Assembly (NCBI GenBank): GCA_973895155.1
Contig: OZ316898.1
Coordinates: 12,613,659 to 12,677,658 of the forward strand
DNA length: 64,000 nt
Origin: Marsupella aquatica
Taxonomy: Eukaryota; Plantae; Marchantiophyta
Direction: 5' to 3'
Notes under the pieces: model-generated
Databases searched by the model: none
Seen by the model: only the letters and a program-made list of their open reading frames with translations
What the model was told of the DNA's origin: nothing
Part shown: one piece after another, positions 11,278 to 34,838 of the stretch
Layout: the number at the start of each line of letters is the position of its first letter
Numbering within the stretch: the stretch's first letter is position 1
Made by a program: the position numbers and the translations under genes

Positions 11278-14200
11278 ATGGCCAACCTTGAGAAACTCAA
11301 CTTCCCCGCCCTAGAAATAGATGGCGGCAACTACCTAGAATGGTCCATGAACCTAAAAGAAAACCTAACCTCGCTAACCATACTCCCAGCCATAGGGATG
11401 GCTCAACCTATACTAGCTGGCGAACCCCAACCAGACCCGTTAACTAAAGCCAATGAATCTAAGGCCCTAGTATTCCTTAGACGCCATATCCATAGATTCC
11501 TACAAAGACAATACATGCACCTCTCAACCCCTCGTGAACTATGGACAGCGCTCCAAACCCGATTCGACCACCAAAAACTGGTCGAACTACCTAAAGCCAG
11601 GCAAGACTTGCTAAACCTGCGAGTCCAGGACTTTACCTCTATTTCAGCCTACAATAGCGAACTCTTTAGAATAACCTCAACCCTCGCACTATGTGGCGAG
11701 CCAGTTACGGACAAGGATCTGCTAGAGAAGACCTTGTCGACATTTCATTCATCGAATGTGTGGCTATCAACACAATACCGAAACATGAAGTTCGGGCAAT
11801 ACTCCGAGCTCATAGCCCACCTTCTAGTCACAAAGAGAAACCAAGAACTCCTTTTAGTTAACTCTAGAAAACGTCCTGCGGGCACACTGCCCTCAGGATC
11901 ACAGAGTGAAACACATCTTACAGACACCGTTGAACCCTCCACATCAAGGCAGGGCATTAAGCGCAGTAGGAATGACAACCATAGAAACAACCCCAAAAGG
12001 GGGAGTTTCTTTAACCAACGCCCACAACACAATTTCAGACGGCCCTTTAGTGGACGTGGAGGACGCGGCGGACGCGGAGGACGAGGTGGACGCGGCGGTG
12101 GTAGAGCATATAACAACAACCGTAGAAATGATTGGTCACAATCCCGACCACAACGAGAACGCCCAAAATGCCATGCATGTGGCATGACCAACCACCTAGC
12201 CAGAAACTGCAGAATCCCGCAACTCCTTAAAGAGCTATATCAACGATCCCTCAGGGACGGACAAACCTCTAGGGCACCACCCCGTGAAACCCACGGGGCG
12301 TTTATGGAGTCTAGCGACCCATTCCAAGACTTTTCAGACCTCCCTGCCCAACCCGAAGCACACTTAGTGGCAAGTAGCTCCACTACACCAGATTTAAATA
12401 GCCCAAGCACATGTATTATCGACAGTGCGACCACGCATACTATCCTCAGGGATAGGCACCTTTTCCAAAAGATTACACCCTCACGTAGATCCCTGACCAC
12501 TATAAATGGCCCTAGCCAAATAGAAGAAGGCTTCGGCCCAGCGTCCATTAGACTACCATAGGGTACAGCGATTCACATAGAATCTGCCATTTTCGCCCCG
12601 AACGCAACCCGTAATCTCCTCAGTTTTAGAGATATACGAGCAAATGGACTACATGTCCAGACGGGCGACACAAGAGACCAGGAAGTGATACACTTGGTTG
12701 AAAATACCCCTACGGGGAAAATCATTAAAGAAACACTTTTCTCGTATCCTTGCGGGTTTTATGTAACACATATTGAATGCCTGCATAACAATGCCCAAAC
12801 AAGTGAATTGCCCGCACTTTGGCATGCACGCCTCGGCCACCCCGGCCAATCAATGCTAACCAAAATAATTAAGAATTCAAGTGGCATTCCAATCAATACA
12901 CGCCACATCCCAGCTAGCACCCCATGCACTGCATGCTCATGCGACAAATTAATAACAAGGCCCACGGCATCAAAATTGCCAACCAACATACCCAAATTCT
13001 TGGAAATAATCCACGCCGATGTTTGCGGGCCAATTAACCCACCGAGCGGACCATTCCGCTACTTTATGGTATTAATCGACGCATCAACTAAATGGTCAAA
13101 TGTGACACTGCTTTCAACGAGGAACATGGTTATACCTCGTATTCTGGCGCAAATCCTGCGCGTGAAAGCACAATTCCCCGATCACCCCATTAAGACACTA
13201 AGGGTAGACAATGCAGGGGAATTCACATCCGAAACATTTGATGACTTTTGCACATCACTTGGCATAGACGTACAATATCCTGTACCTCACGTGCATTTTC
13301 AAAACGGATTAGCTGAAGCGGTCATTAAACGCCTTCAATTAATTGCACGCCCATTACTAATGCAATCAAAACTCTCCGTCTCAACATGGGGACACGCCAT
13401 ATTACAGGCTAATGCATTAATCCAATACCGCCCATCGGCCTTTAATACCTATAGCCCATACCAAATTGCTAATGGTATTAAACCTGACCTATCACATCTT
13501 CGTTCATTTGGATGTCAAGTAATGGTCCCCATTACTCCACCCAAACGAACCAAGATGGGACCCCAACGACAGTTGGGAATATACATCAGATTCGACTCTC
13601 CGTCCATAATCCGATATATGGAGCCAACAACTAGCGACGTTTTTAAATCTAGATTCCTAGATTGCCATTTTGACGAGCATTTTGACGAACATGTTTATCC
13701 ACAGTTAGTAACCCCTGAACACCCACAACCACCTTTGGAGTGGGAAAGACACTTGCCATTTTGGCAAGACCTTAGACGAATCAAGGGGAGAAAGAAGTTC
13801 AAAGAATTCTGCAACTCCACAAGATTGTGGAAGAACTTCCTGACGCTTTCGTTGACACATCACAACTTACCCGCTCACATATTCCAGCTGCGAGAGCATC
13901 TGCCCGCATCGAATTATCAAATGAGCCAGCAAGTACATCCCAACCTCGTGCAAAACGAGGTAGACCCTTGGGATCAAAAGATAAACAACCACGAAGACGT
14001 GGTTCATCTATACCACCTTCACCTGATGTCGATCATACCGAATCCACAACTCATGAAGAGATTTCTATCCACTATGCACATACCGGTACGATGTGGGATA
14101 GAAATACTACTTCAATAGATGATGCTTTTGCATTAATGGTGGCAACACATATCACTGACGATACACCCGAACCAATATCTATCTTAGAATGCCAAAACAG

Positions 14201-15929
14201 ACCAGATTGGCCTGAATGGCAAAAAGCTATAAATGGAGAATTAGATTCCCTACTCAGCAGACACACTTTTGGCCCAGTCGAGCCAACACCACAAGACGTA
14301 CACCTAATTGGCTACAAATGGACATTTGTCCGCAAAAGAAATGATAAAGGCCAAGTTGTACGCTATAAAGCACGTCTGGTAGGGAAATGATTTACCCAAC
14401 AACCGAGAATTCATTACGATGAAACTTATTCACCGGTTATGGACAGCACAACATTCCGATACCTTATCGGATTTGCCATTTTCCACCAACTACAAATGCG
14501 ACAACTAGATGTTGCAACTGCATATTTATATGGAACTTTAGACACTTGTCTATACATGCGATCACCTCCTGAATTAGAACAACGACGCCGAGCTTTAGCT
14601 CAAGGCGCTAAATCGCATATTCCATATTTACATAAGATTATAACACAATTATCTCAAGTTACACCTCATGTGTCATCTACACATGTAACTCATAATAACG
14701 ACACCGCTGTGTCAACCGTACGGAATACTCGCTGCGGACTAGCTATCCGCATGTTGAAGGCATTATATGGCCTGAAACAAAGTGGCAGAGTATGGTATCA
14801 AAGATTTACTGATGAAATGATTACCATGGGTTTTTCCCATGATGCCATTACACCATGTTTATTTATTAAACATGTGGATGATGAATATGTCATCGTTTCT
14901 ATTTATGTTGATGACTTAAATATATTTGGGACACCCCAATTGACAGAAGATACTATTACTAGTCTTAAATCAACATTTGAGATGAAAGACCTTGGACATA
15001 CAAACTTTTGCTTAGGCTTACAACTAGAGATCCTACCCACTGGCATGATGCTCCATCAGACAACACAAACTGAAAAGATCCTAAAACAGTTCAATATGAA
15101 CCTAGCATACCCATTGACGTCACCAATGGTTGTACGTTCATTAGAAAACAATACTGATGTTTTTCGCAAACGCGAAGAACATGAACCACTATTAGGACCA
15201 GAAACACCGTATCTTTCCGCGATAGGAGCATTAATGTATCTAGCAAATCAGACACGACCAGACATTGCATTTGCAGTTAACTTACTAGCCAGACATAGTG
15301 CAACTCCCACAGCAAGACACTGGAATGGAGTTAAGCACGTATTTAGGTATCTGCGTGGCACCACCGATACAGGGTTATTTTACCCATTCGGTGCAAACCA
15401 CGAGCTCATAGGATATGCGGATGCCGGATATCTCTCCGACACTGATACCGCAAAATCCCAAACTGAATATGTTTTTACCATAGGGGGTACCACTTTTTCT
15501 TGGAAAAGCGTGAAACAGACCCTAACAGCAACCTCATCGAATCACTCAGAAATCGTAGCTCTACATGAGGCTAGTCGTGAAGCCGTTTGGTTATGATCCT
15601 TTATAAACCACATTAACACCAAATGCGGCCTACCACCACTAACGAAGCCTACTAACATTTTTGAGGATAACACAGCATGTATACAGCAGATCACAAAAGG
15701 ATTCATCAAAGGCGATCGCGTGAAGCATATAGCTCCGAAGTTTTTCTACACCCACGAATTACATGGAAAAGAGATCAACATTTTGCAGATTTCAAGTGCA
15801 GACAACTGTGCGGATCTCTTCACCAAATCACTATCGCCATCAGTTCATCACCGACACTGCCAGGCGATTGGACTACGGAGCGTGCGACGCATGATGACCG
15901 TGGAGGCTACTGCTCCACATGATACTTGA
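11278..15929 (+). pseudogene. Disrupted gag-pol of the Bianca-like element
   Basis: Gag with RGG tract and CHACGMTNHLARNC knuckle, then PR, INT, RT (YVDD) and RNase H. In-frame stops at 12559, 14388 and 15594; 1-nt frameshift near 13777. Confidence 0.92.
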
Positions 15930-17327
15930 TGATACTGACGATATGCTGTTGACGACCCACTGATGAAACAAATGTTGAAGCTAGATTTACTATAGCATCT
16001 AACTTTATACACAATTGACATTTAATTACGACGAGGACTATTAGGCTGCACTCTTTTTCCTTTAGCACTCATATTTTTTCTCTGCTACACTAGTAGAGTT
16101 TTTACTAAGCTAGAGTTGATAAAGGTTTTTTAATGAGGCAACCTACCTCGCTTGTACTTATATCATGTATTTTCTATGAACATGATATAATAGGTATAGT
16201 CTATGTTGTCTATATAGTTGTCACTATATATCCAAAGGGGAGTGTTAGACTCTACCTTGACCGGACGACCGGACCAGCCGGTCACCCTGGTCCCACTATA
16301 TGTACTTCTATTCACGACTATACACATGATCATTCTGACTCATACTCCAACAAAAATTTATTTATTTTTTAGTGTTTTAAGTATTTTCATAGGTGAAAAT
16401 GATATTGGACACCACTAAAACTAGTAACGAAAGGAGAGCACTGCTTCAGTTTACAGAATGGTTACACATCTAGGGGGAGAGCTTACATCTCCACCTGGTA
16501 CTATTTGCAAGTATTAATCAAGCAAACCTTAAATGATGTCATAGCAAATGAATTGATGGGAGGCTAGGGACTTTATGGAGAAAATAAGATGGACTAGTGG
16601 CGGAACGGGCCAGTGGACAAAGCATATGATCAGAATCAAGAAGGCAATTTGTACATCCCACAACTGGCCTGTGTAATACCTACACCCTAAGATATAATAT
16701 AGAGCAACCTGAAAAGCATCTGGTCAAAGTTAGGCACACCAAAGGGCACCCCAAAAATGCTGATGCATGCCCTCAGCCCAAATGTTATTCTAACGGGGGA
16801 GATAATAGAGTTTGGGAGTGGATGGAGAACCAGACCCCACAAGGAGGGCAAGCTGGTCTACAACGTGGATATTTATAAGCATCCCCAAGAACCAATTTGA
16901 AAAGTTATTGTTAGCAAGAAAGAGAAACAAGCGACTGGAAATTCCATTGAGGAGGCCCGGATTGCCCCTGAATTGCCCATGAAAGATGGCCCATCAAACA
17001 ACGCCAACCAAATAGATAGGAAGAGGATTCCCCTGCCAAATGCCAGTCTCAGACAGAATGGAAATGGTCACGTATAGTAAGAACCAAGATTGAGGTGGCC
17101 AGGATAGAACAAAGGGATTGAGTAGAAATATGGGCAAAAGGAGATGAGATGCCATCTCCTCCCAGCATCCCAGAGCTCCTCAAACATCACTGGGTGAGAG
17201 ATGGAGTTGAATGCATTACTAGTGGCCCCAGCCACCTGTATAACCATCCAATTGAGGTGGATATCTATGATTGGGCGGGCGTAGGACATGCACTACGCAC
17301 TCCCAACTGCCATGGGTGACCACCCCA

Positions 17328-17450
17328 AACTGGTGAGGAAAAAGGTGTGGTGCAAATATTGACCTGTACAAATCATCTTCTAGACCCGCCAACTGGTGAG
17401 GAAAAGGTGTGGTGCAGATATTGAGCTGTAAAAATCATCTTCTAGACCCG
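17328..17450. repeat. Tandem duplication, ~63-bp unit x2
   Basis: AACTGGTGAGGAAAA(A)GGTGTGGTGCA...TCTTCTAGACCCG occurs twice. Confidence 0.85.
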
Positions 17451-18272
17451 AAGTAAAAACGTACTCTGAATAACACAAGATGATCCCTAATGAGCCGATC
17501 TGAAAACCAAAATCAATATCGAATAAAATTTACAGAGCGTAGGTCAGCATAAAACTGTTCTTCAACCAACCATGCAGGTCCTACTATTGAATCTCAATGT
17601 CCTTCCCAGATATTTGGAACTACGCTATTCAAGCCTGCCATCCCATGATCTAGAGAAACTTGGCTGTCCATTACCTGTCCTCGATCCTGTCCTTTCTGCG
17701 CTCTGGATGTCAATCATACAGGAGCACCAAACTTAGCCGAAACCCAATCCGAATGCACTTCAGAGAAATCCTCTGAAATTTCAGTCAGTCAAACATGGAA
17801 GGTACACTTTGTATGTTTTACATTCACCTCTAACGTACAATCATCATGAACAACTTTTCCCTATATTAATCGTTGTGTACGTGGGCCTTTACCTTGCCCT
17901 AGATTGGGTCCGCTTGATTACTGTGTAGCAGCAGAAACATCAAATCACGTAAGTCCTTATAATTTTTGAAGTGATTGTACAGGAGATTGAAGAGAATGCG
18001 TTGCTGCCACAGAGGTTCACAGAGCATAAGGCTACGGAAAGAATGTCAGCCTCGTTTCTTTCCATGTCATTCACGCAAGCGGACGGGTCCTTACTGTATT
18101 TATTAGATTCATGTGTACTCATTACAAAGTTTTGCATCTAGCTATTTGTAGAGGAGAAAAAATGCCTTCATTACTAGACGGATAGCTCAGGCATGAAGTA
18201 GTTGGTACAGAAAACTGTTGCCCTTGTAAGCTGAAATTTGGGGGTCCACACTGTCTCGGTCCGCTTGGTCAT

Positions 18273-23038
<4,766 letters not shown>

Positions 23039-26000
23039 CTGCAGCCGTCAATGACCACCGTTTAAACAAATTGCAACAATGCACTAAACTAGCATCAAGT
23101 CTTTTTCATAACACAAGCTAGGTAAGTCATCCTTTAATTACAATGTCCGTTCATCGCCGATTAATGGGGATTGATGTTCTCAGTTTGAGGAAGCTGACGG
23201 ATCTGGGCGCTCGAAGTGATCACAGAAAATGTAGAACCTCGTTCGAATTGGGCAATTGCTCGAACTTGCTGATAGAGAACGTGATAACCTGTGGACGTCG
23301 AGGATGCTCAATGAGAGCAGTGCAGAGCTTGAAATGTAAGTGGGAGATATGAAGCCTGAGCAGGAAGTGTATCAGTGATCCAGATAAATAGGTGGAAGAT
23401 GGCGATAGGAGAAATGAGCGTTGGCGGCCTGCAAAGGCACCTGTGGAGAAGGTTTTTTGAAGGTTGACGAACGCAGAGGACGGGGAGAACAGCAGAGGAT
23501 CGTTTGAAACAGGCCAAACATCACAACAGCTCCGGATCACCTAGCCTGCGCAGGTGAACTGTTCTCAGAATGGAAGACCTTTTCACAGTACAACCGACTA
23601 GCTACTACCAGCTCTTCAAAGCGCCTTCAATTCCTCCGATTCGGAATTTGATCTGAAATGGAGGGGAATTTGCTTACTGGACAAGCTCGATCGGAACGAC
23701 CTAAGTTGTGCTTGCATACGGTACAGCTTTCATCGAGCCTAAGCTCGTGGAAATGATTGCTCGGTCCAGTCGCTCGACGTCTGAACAAGATCCTCATTAT
23801 TCAAGGAATTGCTTGTCGAAAGAATGGCTTCACATCTCAAGCTAAAATGCCTGGGTTAGAATGTGAGCGGGACCAAATGATGCCTGGAAGAAATTTCTAA
23901 ATCAACCATGAAGGCTAACACCTGCTGCACAGAGTCACTATCAAGAACCAGGTTTGAAGGACTAACACACTAAACAGAGATTCACCATCAAGAACTAGGT
24001 TGCTTGAAGTTCTCGTGAACTTCCAACCGTCCTCTCTTAAACCTCATTAGTACCGTAAAATGCTCGGGACATCTGAGAAAATGATGGTCTGAGTTCGGCG
24101 GGGGTTTGGGCCTGGCATTCTGGAAGGGACACAGCTCTGTACTCGTGAGCAAAATTTGCGGAAAGAACAATTCGGTACATTGGTAAATAACTACTGTACG
24201 TGTGTGAAACGAATCAAACCTTCGGGTTGACGTTCTCAATCGTGACCGGCGGAACATAAGGCACCTCCTTGGAGAGATCCTGCACAAGAACATCTTCGGG
24301 TGCAGTCGGCATCGTTTCACCTTCTGTCCTAAGCACTAGCACCACTGCAATCGGAAGCAGAAGCTTTCTCCAGGATTCAAGTTTTCTCTAGGAAGCAAGT
24401 TTGCCTTTGTTTTGCTCCGTAAACTCCTGGTCCTGCTCCAAATGCATGCTCCAAAGCAGGACGTCTATACTCTGTTGGATGGGTCTGCTTTCGTTTTTCA
24501 AGGCAAAAAAATAAAATAAACTCCTGGTCCTGCTCTGTAAGCTGCTCCGGCCCCTCTTCGTGGTGTGTCCGTCATACTAATGACTATCTCACACGTCTCC
24601 AAATACCTGATTCCCTACTCTCCGTACTCGTGGCCTTTTGCAGACTGGAGAAGCATTATCCTCGTGGTTATCTTGACGCACGTGCCTCCGTCATCATCCC
24701 TCGTCCGATTTGGCTTCTCCGAACCAGTTAAGTAATACGGCACCAACTATACTTGTCGCTCTAGCATCTATGATTCAGAGCATTTTCTGCCCCAGTACCG
24801 TACCATGTTTTGCTTTGTTCACACGGCACATGAGAGGACTGTTCGGTCCCACCAATGCACGTAAGGAAGAGACAGGGAGTCAAGGTTGTCCGCAGACATC
24901 ATGGCATTGCACGAAACTCCTGTTTTACACGACAATTAATCTATCAATGTTGCACTTTTCTCACGTTTGGACCCGCATTTCGTATCATGTAAGCATCAAG
25001 AGAATATTCCTGTACAGAAGATAACAAGAAGTTTTTGATTGGTCACATCTAAACGGGACTGAACCTGGTCTCAATTTCGTCGCTCCTAACTTGTCGTTAA
25101 ACAACCTGTCGAGCGAGAACTAGTGGAACAACCAGCAAGAAGCAAGTCTCGGGATGCTTAAATTGTAGGCCGGAAGATCGGAATTGAATTGCTGTAGGGA
25201 TTCTCCATTTCTTACCTGGTTTGCTTTCAGATCTTACGATGCGCTTTGGATAGAGAACTACGCCTATGTTTCTGCTGATCAAAGGCCAAATGAATTGAAC
25301 CTCCTTGTGTAGTTGAAACGGTGCACACAAGACACTGAAGTTGTTCTGTCCGGTCCTGGAACTTCTAAGATCGTGCAATTTGCAGTCTTGGTTGTCGAGC
25401 GAATCTAGACTTCCGCTGCAACGATGAATCAAAGGTAACTGATGAAGGTGACCCACCATATTCATCATTCAGAGCTGCAGCAACTGCACATCATTATGTT
25501 GCATTACAGACTACACTTTCAATCTTATCCTAGTGTGTCTATGGCTCATCGGCTTTGCTGTCTCAGAAGATCGATATAATTCCAGACGTTCAAGAGCACG
25601 AGATTTATTCAAGGACTTGAATTACGTTTTGAGAAAATCCTCTTTAATGTTGTGGACAGCAAATTAACATGATCAGTGAACCTAAGATGAGCTGCTCTTG
25701 ACAAGATGAAGTTCTGCAAAGTCCTCTCTATCCCCATCCCTCCTGAGAAATGCGTACCCACTACAGTAGTACATCCGAGCAAAGAAATCAACGCAACGTT
25801 TAGAATCTAGCTCGATCTCCCAATTATGTGCAATCAAGGCAGAATTTAGCTCGATCAAACAGTGCAGAATAAACCCCAACTCAAAGAATGTGCGAATTAA
25901 GATCAGATGGGTATCGTAGACTGGTTCACGAGATTTTGCTTAATGCTTGTGAGGACTCTAGACGAGGGTTGAGAAGGCACTCAACAATTTTGTCTTTCCC

Positions 26001-27344
26001 GGTAAAGTGAGGATTTGTTCACTTCACAAAAATTCCTTATGCGCATCTGGTCTCCTACTTTTTACTTCCTCTGTTGGGTCATCCTACGTCCAAAACTTTG
26101 CAACTTGAATAACAAGCCTCAACGGAAAAGCTTAATATTTTGTGACAAGTTATTTTCGTACCACGATCCAAAATTTCGAAACTCAGTTTTCACCTCTTTC
26201 TTTGAGCTATGAAGTACTGCAAAGGAAGGCTTTTTTCGCCTGGGGCGAATGGCAATTTCAATGTTGATCCTACACATCATTCACCACCAGATTGCTCAGC
26301 AAATGTCTCAGGGCTAGGGCCTTCATTGTACGTTACTATCAGCTTCATCAACAAACCAACAAATTCGAGATCGGTAGTGTAACAAGGGTATACAAGGGGA
26401 ATCGACGTAGTTAAGGCCACGACGTTGCTACCAATAGAAAAGACACTCACATTTCTTGCATGTTTGTAATACAAGCGGGCCATAGCACATTTTGTGATGG
26501 AAGGCTTAGCATGCAACCGTGGAAATGGTTATTCACCTACATGCTCCAGTACCAAAACTTTCAGTCAGTCGGAAGTGGGCACCAGACAATGGGGTGTATT
26601 GTGATGCCTATTTGGTAAGCCCAGCATCCCGTTCCAATTTCTGGTGTGCCAAATGACAACAATTATCGAACAAAACGAAAAAGAGAACGCTTGGAGTACT
26701 ACAATGAAGTGCACAGATTTCGATGCTGTGGCATCTCGACAAAACGGTGAAGTAGATACATAACTTCTTTTTCAATGTTTTGTATTGAAATCATCATCCG
26801 ATCAATAACTTCTCAGTCTCAAGAGTATTTCAAAGTCCAACAAATGTTCGATCATACCAATTTCATCAGAATTGAGTATGTTAAAGGCCAAAGAATCAGA
26901 CGTTGCTACGCTTAAAGTATGATACTGAGCCCCAAGATGTGGGCATAGTGTTGGGGCACAAAGAATAAACAGAGAGAAATGAATTCTTTCTAGCTTAGAA
27001 AATTTCCGTTGTTGCAAACCTCTCAGAAGCCCTTAAATGTTGGGATTTGTGCAAAACTGATCGATTCCTCCGATCATGATCCAGGGCAAACAGTGCGTCT
27101 CTGCTGTCGTGACAATCAGTTGTGTAGCCAGTATCGTTGAAATCTTTAAGGTAGTAACGTCTAAGCAGTGACTGGCAAAGGGAATCGAGCCTGTCTAGGA
27201 GTGTCACTGACGAGACATTCCACATGTGAAACAGGAAAACTCTAGCAAACGAACTACAAAAAGAACGCAAAAAAAAAGCTGCTGGATCAGAGCACAGCAC
27301 TGAGCCTTGAAAACTGCAATTTAGAGCGACAACTGAACTGGAAA

Positions 27345-32139
<4,795 letters not shown>

Positions 32140-34161
32140 CTGCCGCCGTCGGTCAACATTGTATCACAAAATCACAGATCAGAACTTGCATCCAATCACT
32201 TTCAGACAACAAGTTGGATGATTCACGTACCCAACATGTAGCATCTCTCATCCGCCACTACGTCAAAGAAACTCACCTAATGCTCAACAGAAAACCACCC
32301 CCATCCGAAGACACGGGTAGAGATGACGAAGCAGTAATGCTCCCTCCTTCGGGCAGGGATCAATCACGGTTTACCATGATGGAAACAGCTAGAACTGGGA
32401 GATGATCGCCTAGCCTGTCGCCGTTTGATATGCACTCCAGAAAATGCCAAACAGCAAATATATGCTCCCGCAAGAATTAAAAGTGCTGTACCCACCTTAA
32501 TTGGGGACCTTGGGGAAATTGCGAAACAATAATCGAATGGCTTTTGAATATTTGCTTTTAAAAACGCGGTGGGGAGGGAAGAGGGAGCCGGGGGGGAGGG
32601 AGAGGGGCGAGGGGGACGAATAGCAATAATAGTTAATTAGATCTGAAATCAAATCGTGACGACCGCGCGCACCGGACAGCGATGGTCACTCAAGGCCAGT
32701 CAGGTCCAACGCTTACGTCAGATTAATCTTGTCTCCGTTTGTCTGAGCACATTCAGCGGATAATTCGGGCTTTCGACCATATCTACGTCCGCGGCGGCCC
32801 TGACTACAGCGGATAGTAGTTGTGTCTTTGAAGGGATGTGCTACTGACGTGATTGAGGATCGCCTTCGTAAGAATCTGTGACATGATTGAAGACAGAATT
32901 CTCCACCTGGCCCACACGGTTCGTCAGGGTCGCCGCCCCCCACATTCCCCAATCCACCAATTCCCCTATCAGGTCCAAGAGCTCACTGAATGGGCACAAG
33001 AATCGATCCACCGTGGCCTCTGTCGAACATGCGCACGAGAATGGGGTGCCACCTTCGTGGACAGGCAATCCAAGGAAATGTCCCTTCCGCCGAGTGAAAT
33101 ATATATATAGGACTCAATTATGAATAGAATCACAATTCCTGCATGTGTGACTATCAAGATCGATATCACGTGCAGATTTCTCAGGTGTGTGAAATCGATG
33201 GGCATACAAGGAATGATCGTCTACTGGAAGTAAGTAACTACGCTTCTGAAATGCTTACCGCTGACCAGAAAATAGATTGTCTTCAGGCAGAAGCGCTCAA
33301 ATCGTATGAATGCAACGAAATAGCAGTAATCAGAGTCACACAAAGAAATTTGAAACTTACCTGCACTATGTCGGGTCGTTCCTTCGGGTTCTGATCGCCA
33401 GACAGCAATCGTTGCCCATTCGACCGCTTTCTAATGGGCGTCGTTTTCGCCTTCTTCGCCGTCTTCGGCTTTTTCGTCGTCTGATTGGTGCCCACCATCT
33501 TTGCAGCACGAAAAACGAGAGCAAGCTCGAGAGAAAGCGGAGAGTGAGGAGCGGAACAGCACTCGTGAGGAGAGTGAGAGTGCTGCTGGTCGGTAGCTGT
33601 ACAAATAGATCATGTACTATACATCTCCCGTGTTGTTGTATCTATAGCCTAAGATCGCACTTGACTTCGCGGACACTTCACGCGGTACATCCACCACTCC
33701 TCCCAGCCTCCGAGGGAGGGGTTCATCAGAAACGATTTTCGCTAGCGTCAGCTAGTGTCATTTCCTCGTCCATAACGAACCAATCCCACATGGCATGCAA
33801 GCCACCCGTCAATGTCGAAATGTATTACGCCTGAGTGACACCGGGTGAGTGACGGTAGCGCAAATAATGATTGCACCACAGAGAATGTTAGACTTGTCTT
33901 TTCAGACCACGATGGCGCCAGGAAGGTACCCCCTCAGTCTTCACTCTTATCCAGAATTTCACACCGGATCTGAACTTCAACTACTTCAACGACCTTTTTT
34001 GTAATAGTAAAATAATCAGAAACCAGGCAGGCGGATGACGTATATGTTTAATAATAGACCCCCAAAGAATAGTTTGGTGCTTGATCAACCCCCAAAGTCT
34101 ATTTGTTAGGGGGTCTATTTGTTAGGGGGCTTTACAAGATGGTGGTGCCCTTCAGTGTGTT

Positions 34162-34838
34162 TCCATCCAAAGCAAAGCTGATGACCATTTTCTTACACAA
34201 AAGTTAAAATGCGTGAGCCAAAATGTGTCAGGTTTGGGAATAATCAATGCAATTCCCTGAAAACAAGCTACCCTTTGCTCCTGCCCAGGTTTTTAGACCA
34301 CCTCAAGAGGAAGTCTAAGGGTGGCTTTACAAGAACTTGGGGGCAGCAATTTATTTTTTCTAAGTGAGAGATGCAATCCTAGCCATTCATATGAGGGAAC
34401 TGGCCACACTTCACTTTACATGAACTTGGGGGCACAATGAACCAAAAGCATTACCTAGTCATCTGTTAGTGGGCCCCTTGTGGGTCCCTTTTTTTGCTGA
34501 TGTGTGCAAGTTTTTTTGTCAAAAACTTAGACCTCCTCTTAGGGTGGTCTAAAAACCTGGAGCAAAGGGCTGCTTATTTTCAGTGAATTGCATTGATTAC
34601 TTCCAAACCTGACACATTTTGGCTCAGGCATATTAACTTTTGTGGAAAGAAATGGCCATCAGCTTTGCTCTGGATGAAGAGAGACAGATGACTAGGTTAG
34701 GTAATCCTTATGTTTCATTGTGCCCCAAGTTCATGTAAAGTGAAGTGTGGCCAGTTCCCACATATGAATGGCTAGGATTGCATCTCTCACTTAGAAAAAA
34801 AGAATGGCTGCCCCCAAGTTCTTGTAAAGCCACCCTTA
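34162..34838. repeat. Interleaved inverted repeats A-B-A'-B'
   Basis: 34162-34319 is the diverged reverse complement of 34526-34679; 34316-34465 is the diverged reverse complement of 34685-34838. Confidence 0.88.

Larger units (their letters stand above)
9453..16352 (+). mobile_element. Full-length Ty1/copia retrotransposon, Bianca-like lineage, coding-defective
   Basis: Identical 110-bp LTRs 9453-9562 and 16243-16352; TSD AAAAT; PBS CGTTATCAGCACGA; PPT AAAGGGGAG (16234-16242). Bianca-type motifs DSATTHTIL, RNLLSFRDI, KMGPQRQLGIY, KHIAPKFFYTHEL. Confidence 0.95.

Noticed and set aside
23500-27300. Numerous 60-120 aa ORFs between the AlaAT copies
   Set aside because: No recognisable motifs; consistent with random ORFs or unidentifiable relics.
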